From a virus (taxonomy: Duplodnaviria; Caudoviricetes), in the IMG/VR virus record IMGVR_UViG_3300021961_000129, positions 1-54,742 of that record: DNA of 54,742 nucleotides; one strand, written 5' to 3'. The notes under the pieces were generated by a model. The model ran no database searches, was not told the origin of the DNA, and was given only the letters and a program-made list of their open reading frames with translations. The position numbers and the translations under genes are program-made. This document shows, in pieces, positions 48,542 through 54,742 of the stretch. Position 1 is the stretch's first letter, and the number at the start of each line of letters is the position of its first letter.

Positions 48542-49009
48542 CTATCCCGAAATTTCTTCTGTCATTACCGATTTATACTCATCACCAAGTATTTTTTTCA
48601 AATATTCTTCATTCCAATACGTGTAGTATTCAGTCTGACCTAATTTTTTACGAATTTTACTTAATTTTGACTTAGATTGACACAAAATTAGGTTAAATTT
48701 CTTATTATTTGTCTGAACTCCATTAATAAAAGTTGGTTGTGATGCACAATCTTCGAAAAATGTGTAATAGGGGAACTTTTCATTATAAACTTCGACCCAT
48801 TTTTTAACAACATCAAGCCTCCAAAAATCATCTACAATAAAAATGATGACATCATACCCAGATTCGGGTACAATTTCATCAATTGGGCACTCTACTATTT
48901 TTGTATTTGATTTAGAAGCATATGGGCAAACAGAAAAACCTCCGAGTTCTTCTCTTTCTTTGGCTACTTCGTTAGCCCATTCTTGAATATATGCTTCTTT
49001 TTCGTTCAT
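48542..49009 (-). CDS. Hypothetical protein with CPYA motif (DUF1415-like, tentative)
   Basis: 155 aa; LGGFSVCPYA N-terminal motif and YYTYW C-terminal motif. Confidence 0.65.
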   Translation of the reverse strand: MNEKEAYIQEWANEVAKEREELGGFSVCPYASKSNTKIVECPIDEIVPESGYDVIIFIVDDFWRLDVVKKWVEVYNEKFPYYTFFEDCASQPTFINGVQTNNKKFNLILCQSKSKLSKIRKKLGQTEYYTYWNEEYLKKILGDEYKSVMTEEISG

Positions 49010-49010
49010 A

Positions 49011-49175
49011 TTAACCTGCTGCTAGTGGAGAATTTGGATTTGGTTTATTTGGATTTGAACCAACTCTTGCTTGGGAAGCAACATCATATCCAAATACATT
49101 TACTTCAGGATTTGTTGGGGATGCTGGAGAATCGGATGGATTTGGTCCAACTTTTGGTGTTAATTCTTCTGACAT
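49011..49175 (-). CDS. 54-aa Pro/Asn-rich small protein (not in ORF track)
   Basis: Manual translation MSEELTPKVGPNPSDSPASPTNPEVNVFGYDVASQARVGSNPNKPNPNSPLAAG*; CTAAATA late-promoter-like site at 49203-49209. Confidence 0.6.
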   Translation of the reverse strand: MSEELTPKVGPNPSDSPASPTNPEVNVFGYDVASQARVGSNPNKPNPNSPLAAG

Positions 49176-49209
49176 TGTAATAAAAATATAATAGTTTAGA
49201 ATTATTTAG

Positions 49210-49362
49210 TTATTTACCTTGACCTCTGTATGGCTTACGAGCCTTATTACGACTTGTTGCTGCATATTTGGTTCCTGCACCTTGACCTTGACGAGTCAAT
49301 TTCGGTTTCCCAGGCATATAACCAGTATTCTTATTCAATCCACCTTTTGCTTTTACTGCCAT
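49210..49362 (-). CDS. 50-aa highly basic small protein (YRGQGK C-terminus; not in ORF track)
   Basis: MAVKAKGGLNKNTGYMPGKPKLTRQGQGAGTKYAATSRNKARKPYRGQGK*; GAGGT RBS at 49371-49375. Confidence 0.75.
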   Translation of the reverse strand: MAVKAKGGLNKNTGYMPGKPKLTRQGQGAGTKYAATSRNKARKPYRGQGK

Positions 49363-49469
49363 TTTTAATTACCTCACATATGGTTTTATTTTCGCGCCAG
49401 AATTGTTTTAAAACGCGCCGAGTATAAGTTTTCTAGGGGATTCAAAGAACCCCCTTAGAGACCCGTATA

Positions 49470-50222
49470 TCAAATGATACGAGTCTTTTCGTGACCCACA
49501 CGAATCTTCGGATCACACCAGATTTCAAATCCTGCCTCTTTAGCATCAAGACAGAACGAAACGTCTTCACCACACATATCTTGAACTTCCCCAGAGTCAA
49601 AGACTTGCATCTTAGGAGCGAACCAGGGATACTCTAGAGACTCGAAGACACCTTTCTTAATTAGAACCCAACCAAAACCAGTATAGTCTACAGTGAAAGG
49701 CTTACGGCGTTTCGTCATAGTCTCTCCGGTCTCATGATTCATGACTCCACCATTGTTTTTAAAGTCATCTTCTTCCAACCAGTGAGCAACTGAAGTAGTC
49801 TGGCCATCTTCGGTCATGTACCAACCAGCAGCAATGTCCTTATCCATTGCAACGAGACGATAAAACTTTTCAGTATCAAAGACAATATCGTTATCAATCC
49901 AGAGTTGGTAATCATAATTCAAACGACCATCCCAAGGAATCTGTTTTGGTCCACGAAGAACATTTGCACCCAAGACTTTGCAACGTGCAAAGTTAACCAT
50001 GGAAGAGTAATCCTGTGAAATTTGAATACTTGCACCGTTTTGCACAAGATCAAAACAAAGTTGAACAAAATTCTTCAGAAAGATATATGAACATCCTCGA
50101 CCTGGTAGACAAAAAACAATTGATTTGCCACGAATAGTTTCTTTAGCAGCTTGCAAATCAAAATCGTCTTCGTTTTTCTTTGGAGTTGGCGCTGTAGCTT
50201 TAATCGTAAATCCTTTAGACAT
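49470..50222 (-). CDS. GT-A fold glycosyltransferase-like protein
   Basis: LWIDNDI (DxD), VDYTGFGWVLIKKGVFE, GEDVSFC and DPKIRVGH motifs. Confidence 0.8.
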   Translation of the reverse strand: MSKGFTIKATAPTPKKNEDDFDLQAAKETIRGKSIVFCLPGRGCSYIFLKNFVQLCFDLVQNGASIQISQDYSSMVNFARCKVLGANVLRGPKQIPWDGRLNYDYQLWIDNDIVFDTEKFYRLVAMDKDIAAGWYMTEDGQTTSVAHWLEEDDFKNNGGVMNHETGETMTKRRKPFTVDYTGFGWVLIKKGVFESLEYPWFAPKMQVFDSGEVQDMCGEDVSFCLDAKEAGFEIWCDPKIRVGHEKTRII

Positions 50223-50266
50223 AAAATCAGAATAGCAATGTAGTTATTTTACCACCACAAGTCAAT

Positions 50267-50434
50267 TTATGCAATGGTTTCTGTGTTATTTAGAACGTAT
50301 GTAATTTGAGAATTCCAAAGATCTTTCTCTAAAGAACAGTAAGCTCTAATGATTTCAATCTTATGATTCAAATCACATTGTTGAACATTTTTTGCTACAA
50401 TATGATTATCTACTAAAATGTTATAGACATTCAT
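50267..50434 (-). CDS. Small hypothetical protein
   Basis: MNVYNILVDNHIVAKNV...; ATG at 50434 overlaps the end of the upstream small ORF. Confidence 0.5.
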   Translation of the reverse strand: MNVYNILVDNHIVAKNVQQCDLNHKIEIIRAYCSLEKDLWNSQITYVLNNTETIA

Positions 50435-50570
50435 CTTCAATCTTTTCCAATAAATCTTCAATTTCATTTTTCAATGATTCATTAATTACAAGAATTTTAT
50501 CAGTATAAAGACGATATTGAATACAATCAATTAGTAAATCTTTTTCCTCATAGTTCAATTTAAGTTCCAT
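50421..50570 (-). CDS. 49-aa acidic hypothetical protein (not in ORF track)
   Basis: MELKLNYEEKDLLIDCIQYRLYTDKILVINESLKNEIEDLLEKIEDECL*; fills the gap between neighbours. Confidence 0.55.
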   Translation of the reverse strand: MELKLNYEEKDLLIDCIQYRLYTDKILVINESLKNEIEDLLEKIEDECL

Positions 50571-50612
50571 ATATTCTTTTATGTTCATTTCAAAAATTAT
50601 ATATGATTTTCT

Positions 50613-51125
50613 TTAGCCATATTTTACCATACTTCCAGTAATTTGCAATGCATATCGATCTACAAGACTCATATTATAAAAACTATGTGGTGTATCATTT
50701 TCCCAAGAAAAACAATCTCCAGACTTCCATCCAGAAAATGACTGATCTTTGATTAAAATAATTTGACCAGGTTCCCAATCTTCCAACATAATTACAGATC
50801 TTACAATAGTCTCTGTAGTAATATTGAAAAGTTCTTTATATCTTGTATATGAATCACTATGATATGGTAAGTAACTTGCAGGTTTAAAAAGATTCACTGC
50901 ACTTACCAAATTATTCAATTCAGAAAAAAATGAAAATACGTACTCATGAACACAAGAAGGCATTGGGTTTGGTTCAAGATACTTATAGATATTCAAATTT
51001 TCTCTATTGTGCCCTGATGAAGTATATTGATCAATCTTATAGTCATCATGAAATGGTGCTTCTGTATATGATAACTGTTTAAAATCTTCAATATTCCACT
51101 GAGGGTGTATATGAAATTGTTTCAT
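50613..51125 (-). CDS. 2OG-Fe(II) oxygenase / cupin superfamily protein
   Basis: LPYHSD (HxD), distal PHSFYN His and RYALQITG Arg; ATAAATA late promoter at 51144-51150. Confidence 0.75.
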   Translation of the reverse strand: MKQFHIHPQWNIEDFKQLSYTEAPFHDDYKIDQYTSSGHNRENLNIYKYLEPNPMPSCVHEYVFSFFSELNNLVSAVNLFKPASYLPYHSDSYTRYKELFNITTETIVRSVIMLEDWEPGQIILIKDQSFSGWKSGDCFSWENDTPHSFYNMSLVDRYALQITGSMVKYG

Positions 51126-51378
51126 TCATAATATCGTTTTGAATATTTATTGAAACCCTGTGGGAGTTTTGTGGCCGGCAAAAAAATTTTTGAATACTTA
51201 TGGCTTTTCGAGCGCTTTTTGGGGTCGTTATAGATTAGGGTAGTGAGCGTTTTTTATTTTAGGGGGCCACCGCGCCCCGCGCTATAACAAACCGCCCGCC
51301 AAATAACTGCTCAAACTGCACGAAGACAACGAGCATAAGAACGCAGAAGCTTTTCGTTGTCGTGTAACGAATAGCTGT

Positions 51379-51413
51379 GTCCCCTCCAAGTGCTCATAAG
51401 CCTCAGAGGGGAC
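51379..51413 (-). terminator. GC-rich hairpin downstream of the early small-ORF cluster
   Basis: GTCCCCTC (51379-86) ... GAGGGGAC (51406-13) perfect 8-bp inverted repeat just after the 51430 stop; no strong U tract. Confidence 0.45.
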
Positions 51414-51429
51414 TGCTGCTCATAAGCCC

Positions 51430-51675
51430 TCAGCCACTGGTCTTGAAGTATGCTGCACCGTTGCCCTCAGTGACAGCATTCTGTGCATGTGTGGCATGCC
51501 CATTGTATGCCTGACCGCGACGGTTAGTGTTAGTCCGAGGGCCATTCGTGCGGCTCATGATCAGTTCAGACTTCTTAGCCTTACGGGTGGGGAGCACAGT
51601 GTACTTGAGCTGCCCTTGAGTGTCAGCAATCAGGAGATCCAGTTTGCTTGCCTTTGCGATGTCAATGTTGGTCAT
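51430..51675 (-). CDS. Hypothetical basic protein
   Basis: 81-aa ORF, co-oriented, ATG start. Confidence 0.65.
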   Translation of the reverse strand: MTNIDIAKASKLDLLIADTQGQLKYTVLPTRKAKKSELIMSRTNGPRTNTNRRGQAYNGHATHAQNAVTEGNGAAYFKTSG

Positions 51676-51718
51676 GATGTTGTTAACGAAAGTGTGTGTG
51701 GTTAGAATAGACGAATGA

Positions 51719-51997
51719 TCAGAGCTCTTGCATCATCTCAATCATTTCCTCCTCATTGATTGCTTCATCATCCCAACGAACACCGTCACGAGTCTGTACC
51801 AAATGACGACCAATCTGCCCATTCATCATACAACGAACAAACTTAGCCCAAGGGGTCTCGGTGTCACTGCAGAACTCAACACAAGCCTTTGCAGTGTTAT
51901 AGAGAAACTGATCATTTCCAATCCACAGAGCAGCATTCCAGGTCTCATAGTTGCTCCAGCCGTTGTAGGTCTCTTGGGTGGTTTGGGTGTTGGTCAT
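51719..51997 (-). CDS. Conserved phage hypothetical protein (YNGWxNYETWNxxLW family)
   Basis: TYNGWSNYETWNAALWIGND..LY..TRDGVRW; ATG at 51997 preceded by GAGG. Confidence 0.8.
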   Translation of the reverse strand: MTNTQTTQETYNGWSNYETWNAALWIGNDQFLYNTAKACVEFCSDTETPWAKFVRCMMNGQIGRHLVQTRDGVRWDDEAINEEEMIEMMQEL

Positions 51998-52019
51998 GTG
52001 TGTTCCTCTCAACATGGCT

Positions 52020-52076
52020 AAGATACCAGGCCTGGCTCCCTCTGGCATCTTTTGTGGCCAGTTGTACGGCTGTCCA
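52020..52076 (-). promoter_or_regulatory. Sigma70-like early promoter with upstream dyad
   Basis: ATGCCA (52048-43), 17 nt, TATCTT (52025-20); imperfect palindrome TGGACAGCCGTACAACTGGCCAC just upstream. Confidence 0.55.
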
Positions 52077-52262
52077 TAATGTCTCGGATCTCAGCTAATC
52101 TATGGTATACTCATGATCCTCTGTGGCTTGAGCTTAACATAAGCACTCTAGCCTAAGCTTAAGCACTCAGCCCTTTTATGAAACTCCACAGAGTAATTAT
52201 ACAAGCCTCAGAGGGCTTATGTCAAGAGCTGAACTTCTGTTCTCTTGGAGTGCTCATGAGGC

Positions 52263-52581
52263 TGTGGAAAAAGTATAAAAGTTTTCCACAGATTCCTCAT
52301 AAGGCTGTGGAAAACTCCAAGGACTTATGTGTAGCAAATTGTCAAGGTTCTGGGAGTTACTTTGTGTGCGTCCGGAGACTTATGTCGGGGGTCTCTTGAC
52401 ATTTATGCGATCGTGTGATAGCCTGCCCGCTTAGATCACAAGGTCTCAGAGGCTTTTTCATAAGCTATCAGAGGGGCCACAGAGAGAACAACTAGAGAGA
52501 AAGCTTAAACACAGCTATGTTTTTTTAGCCATTTATTTTAAGCTTAATTTTCCACAGCTTTTTCAACAGCATTGTGGAAAA
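52263..52581. promoter_or_regulatory. Cluster of DnaA-box-like 9-mers (TTTTCCACA); candidate origin or DnaA-binding locus
   Basis: Perfect copies at 52263(-), 52282(+), 52306(-), 52548(+), 52573(-); one-mismatch copy at 52560(+). Confidence 0.65.
52396..52424 (+). promoter_or_regulatory. Plus-strand sigma70-like promoter
   Basis: TTGACA (52396-401), 17 nt, TAGCCT with extended -10 TG; no plausible plus-strand ORF downstream. Confidence 0.5.
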
Positions 52582-52677
52582 GCTTTCAAAACTCATTGTT
52601 AGCAACTCTTTGAGGACTAAGAGTATGTAACTCCACTCCTCTCTAGGTGTTGTTTCAGTGGAGAGCTTATGGGTCAT
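52525..52677 (-). CDS. 50-aa hypothetical protein (tentative)
   Basis: MTHKLSTETTPREEWSYILLVLKELL...; start overlaps the end of the upstream ORF; 3' part overlaps the DnaA boxes. Confidence 0.4.
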   Translation of the reverse strand: MTHKLSTETTPREEWSYILLVLKELLTMSFESFSTMLLKKLWKIKLKING

Positions 52678-52795
52678 AAGACTCAGCATCTACACTACCT
52701 TGAGAGCAATCATCATAGAACAGCTCTTCCTCTGTTTTATTCGCATAGTGATCCATGATCTCTTGCTCAAAGTCAAAGAAAGCTTCTTCGTTCAT
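52667..52795 (-). CDS. 42-aa acidic hypothetical protein
   Basis: MNEEAFFDFEQEIMDHYANKTEEELFYDDCSQGSVDAESYDP*; ATGA coupling to the upstream gene. Confidence 0.55.
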   Translation of the reverse strand: MNEEAFFDFEQEIMDHYANKTEEELFYDDCSQGSVDAESYDP

Positions 52796-52977
52796 TTGTT
52801 CTTCCTCATGTTGTATTCTCCGAGATTCTCTACATAAACCTCGTTGACACTTTCGTTACCTTGGAGTTCTAGAAGTTCTCTCCAATTCCATTCATTAGGA
52901 CTCACACAGTTAGTAGCATCAACTGTGAAGTCTATAGTAACCCTGTACCGTGTAACTTTGTTGTTGATTGTTTGCAT
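52792..52977 (-). CDS. Hypothetical protein
   Basis: 61 aa; RYRVTIDF..PNEWNWRELLEL. Confidence 0.65.
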   Translation of the reverse strand: MQTINNKVTRYRVTIDFTVDATNCVSPNEWNWRELLELQGNESVNEVYVENLGEYNMRKNK

Positions 52978-53018
52978 TGAGTGTGTGTCCTTTAAGTGTA
53001 AGAAACTACATGAGTATT

Positions 53019-53189
53019 TTATACAAGTTCAGTGTTAAAGTCAACTGTTTTGTTGTACTTTTCAAACACTTCTTTTGTTACTTCTTCTGTGAAGTAATCT
53101 ACGATCTGATTGTAGCAATCTTCTTGTTGTTTGAGTGTAAGATTGTTCACCCAATTACCAGAGATAAAAGTCACTTGTGCTGATGGCAT
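53019..53189 (-). CDS. 56-aa hypothetical protein
   Basis: MPSAQVTFISGNWVNNLTLKQQEDCYNQIVDYFTEEVTKEVFEKYNKTVDFNTELV* (manual translation). Confidence 0.5.
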   Translation of the reverse strand: MPSAQVTFISGNWVNNLTLKQQEDCYNQIVDYFTEEVTKEVFEKYNKTVDFNTELV

Positions 53190-53302
53190 TTTTCTTGGAA
53201 ATAGTTAGCATAACTGGGGTTCGCACAACTATCACGAACAGTGGCAAAGATGAACAGCGTCAGTGGGACGATTGCGATAGCAAAGAGTGTGGTTCGGTTC
53301 AT
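53171..53302 (-). CDS. 43-aa small membrane protein
   Basis: MNRTTLFAIAIVPLTLFIFATVRDSCANPSYANYFQEKCHQHK*; hydrophobic helix plus Cys pair; ATGA coupling. Confidence 0.55.
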   Translation of the reverse strand: MNRTTLFAIAIVPLTLFIFATVRDSCANPSYANYFQEKCHQHK

Positions 53303-53490
53303 GCGTTGTTGATTAGATCTTGTTCAATCTGTTGGAGCATGTTTTCTGTCCAAGCTTGTGGATCTGCGAGACCTTTGTTTGCGTAGAGTTTGCTATACCT
53401 CAGACCATAAAGATCTGGATTCAGGTGTTGCAACTCTTCAAGAGTTTGAGCAATCCGAACGTTGAGATTGTGTTGATCAGTTGTCATCAA
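53299..53490 (-). CDS. Hypothetical protein
   Basis: ~62-63-aa ORF in the tightly packed minus-strand cluster (ATG at 53487 likely). Confidence 0.6.
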   Translation of the reverse strand: MMTTDQHNLNVRIAQTLEELQHLNPDLYGLRYSKLYANKGLADPQAWTENMLQQIEQDLINNA

Positions 53491-53522
53491 TCTGTGAATC
53501 GTTGTGCGGTTTGATTATACCA

Positions 53523-53714
53523 TCAGAACTCAATCGGTTCAAGCGTTGCTACTGCGGCAAGGTCACGATGAGCACCTTTGTATCCTACGAGAATCTGCTC
53601 AATCATAGGGCTTTCAACATACTCATAGCCCCCTGCGAGTGCATTGAGAACTTGTAGCATCTCATGTCCGTTGCGAGCAGCGCGAAGTTGGGCGATTGCG
53701 GTTTGACGAGTCAT
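53523..53714 (-). CDS. Hypothetical protein (A.NG.E.LQ.L family)
   Basis: MTRQTAIAQLRAARNGHEMLQVLNAL. Confidence 0.65.
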   Translation of the reverse strand: MTRQTAIAQLRAARNGHEMLQVLNALAGGYEYVESPMIEQILVGYKGAHRDLAAVATLEPIEF

Positions 53715-53757
53715 TGGAAGAATGTGGAGTTAGAGTAAAGAAAGAGGGATTACTTAA

Positions 53758-53880
53758 TCAGAGAATGAAACACTCAACTTCACCAGATTTAATGTCATCC
53801 AGAATCTGCAGCAGTTCGTTACCATTGGTAGCAAATTGATCCAGAACTTGAATAAAGAACTCTTTGCGGGTGGTGATCAT
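53758..53880 (-). CDS. 40-aa hypothetical protein, paralog of 53523..53714
   Basis: MITTRKEFFIQVLDQFATNGNELLQILDDIKSGEVECFIL* (manual translation). Confidence 0.6.
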   Translation of the reverse strand: MITTRKEFFIQVLDQFATNGNELLQILDDIKSGEVECFIL

Positions 53881-53902
53881 TTTAGGAAAAAAAGTGTGGT
53901 GA

Positions 53903-54173
53903 TTTGAGTGTCTTTAAAGCGCATCTCATTCTCAAAATAATGTTATGCGGATTGCATCAGCTGAGGATAGAAGTTCTTCACCTCTGCGATCAGGATGTCG
54001 TCACTGTGACGATCAAGATCTTTCTTGATGTACATAAACAACAACATAAGGGCTTCGTCTATCTCCATCTCATCAATGACTTCGTTGATGTAAGCAGTTT
54101 GAAGCTTTTGACGATCCATGATGTAAAGAATGGAGTGGGTAGTTTGAGTGTCTTTAGAGCGCATCTCATTCTC
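53903..54173. repeat. 31-bp intergenic direct repeat, two copies
   Basis: TTTGAGTGTCTTTA(A/G)AGCGCATCTCATTCTC at 53903-53933 and 54143-54173. Confidence 0.9.
53943..54119 (-). CDS. Acidic helical hypothetical protein
   Basis: MDRQKLQTAYINEVIDEMEIDEAL..SDDILIAEVKNFYPQL; ATG at 54119 preferred because the longer start spans the intergenic repeat. Confidence 0.65.
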   Translation of the reverse strand: MDRQKLQTAYINEVIDEMEIDEALMLLFMYIKKDLDRHSDDILIAEVKNFYPQLMQSA

Positions 54174-54192
54174 TATTCGCAAATGACGAATG

Positions 54193-54420
54193 TTAGACGG
54201 TTTGAGTTACTTCCTCAACCATTTCTTGCAGTTCATCATCATCATAATAGTGCGAGAGTTCTTCCATCAATTCCGACTCATTGTAGTCGTCCATGTTATC
54301 AACAATCGTGTCAACGGCAAAAGCACACAAATCGCGGATGTCCATGTTATCAACAACTCGCTCGGCATACATGAGAACGAGTTTGGAAAGCTGGTCTTTG
54401 GAAAGTGTCATTGTAGTCAA
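54193..54420 (-). CDS. Acidic helical hypothetical protein, paralog of 53943..54119
   Basis: LVLMYAERVVDNMDIRDL..YNESELMEELSHYY. Confidence 0.7.
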   Translation of the reverse strand: MTTMTLSKDQLSKLVLMYAERVVDNMDIRDLCAFAVDTIVDNMDDYNESELMEELSHYYDDDELQEMVEEVTQTV

Positions 54421-54590
54421 ACAGTTGCAGGGGACAGAGATACTTCAACTCGTTTCAGATTCAGTCCAGCGAGTTGATCAAGAACGCGATTGTGAATCTT
54501 ATCACAAGCATTCTTTGCACGAGATTGTTCATACCAAATGGTACAACATCCGTCGTTGGTTTCTACTTGGATTCGGATCGTTTGCATCAT
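54417..54590 (-). CDS. 57-aa hypothetical protein
   Basis: MMQTIRIQVETNDGCCTIWYEQSRAKNACDKIHNRVLDQLAGLNLKRVEVSLSPATV* (manual translation). Confidence 0.6.
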   Translation of the reverse strand: MMQTIRIQVETNDGCCTIWYEQSRAKNACDKIHNRVLDQLAGLNLKRVEVSLSPATV

Positions 54591-54740
54591 TCAGAGTCGG
54601 ATGAATTGATCAGCGTGCTTATACTTTTTACGAAGAAACTTTACACCAGAGTGAAAAGAATAAGTCTTCGGCAAAAGTTCATAATTGACTGAAGGATAGC
54701 CGTGTTTGTTATGAATCTTGGAGATGACTTTGATCCACAT
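54591..54740 (-). CDS. Hypothetical protein (may begin beyond the window edge)
   Basis: MWIKVISKIHNKHGYPSVNYELLPKTYSFHSGVKFLRKKYKHADQFIRL*. Confidence 0.45.
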   Translation of the reverse strand: MWIKVISKIHNKHGYPSVNYELLPKTYSFHSGVKFLRKKYKHADQFIRL

Positions 54741-54742
54741 GG

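Noticed and set aside
51130-52600. tRNA or known ncRNA in the non-coding blocks
   Set aside because: No cloverleaf or T-loop GTTCGA signature recognised by eye; tRNAscan/Infernal not run
53761-53778. GAGAATGA-AACACTCAA resembling an inverted, internally deleted copy of the 31-bp repeat
   Set aside because: Two short matches inside a coding C-terminus; cannot be distinguished from chance
53903-54173. 31-bp repeats as a CRISPR array
   Set aside because: Only two copies, the ~209-bp spacer contains a gene, and there are no cas genes
53904-54692. Longer plus-strand ORFs (156, 95, 103, 72 aa) in the GC-richer end
   Set aside because: They overlap a tightly coupled set of minus-strand genes with paralog support and have implausible composition

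Overview
The window is part of a T4-like cyanomyovirus (Kyanoviridae-type, probably freshwater Synechococcus/Cyanobium-infecting) genome, with essentially all genes on the minus strand. Bases 1-48.2 kb are the AT-rich late virion module. In transcription order it reads gp25, gp6, a giant 4387-aa gp7, gp8, a 2501-aa DUF4815/VrlC-like protein, small structural proteins, an apparently frameshift-split ~1430-aa structural protein, a 3613-aa tail fibre (Mtd-like N-terminus, S74 chaperone C-terminus), gp13, gp14, gp15, gp16 and two probable head-packaged proteins. T4-type late promoters (TATAAATA/ATAAATA) punctuate the module. Bases 48.2-51.1 kb hold small conserved genes, a GT-A glycosyltransferase-like gene and a 2OG-Fe(II) oxygenase. 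After ~51.2 kb the DNA becomes more GC-rich and carries tiny early-type ORFs, intergenic repeats and a largely non-coding block with five perfect cyanobacterial-type DnaA boxes (TTTTCCACA). The standout observation is that the tail fibre contains six phycobiliprotein-like domains, and gp7 one more. They carry the phycocyanin KCARDxGY motif and a second Cys matching beta-Cys155, and are arranged as a nested 'Russian-doll' insertion inside a pectin-lyase-like domain, suggesting a possibly bilin-binding virion appendage. All family assignments come from motif recognition by eye; no database searches were run.
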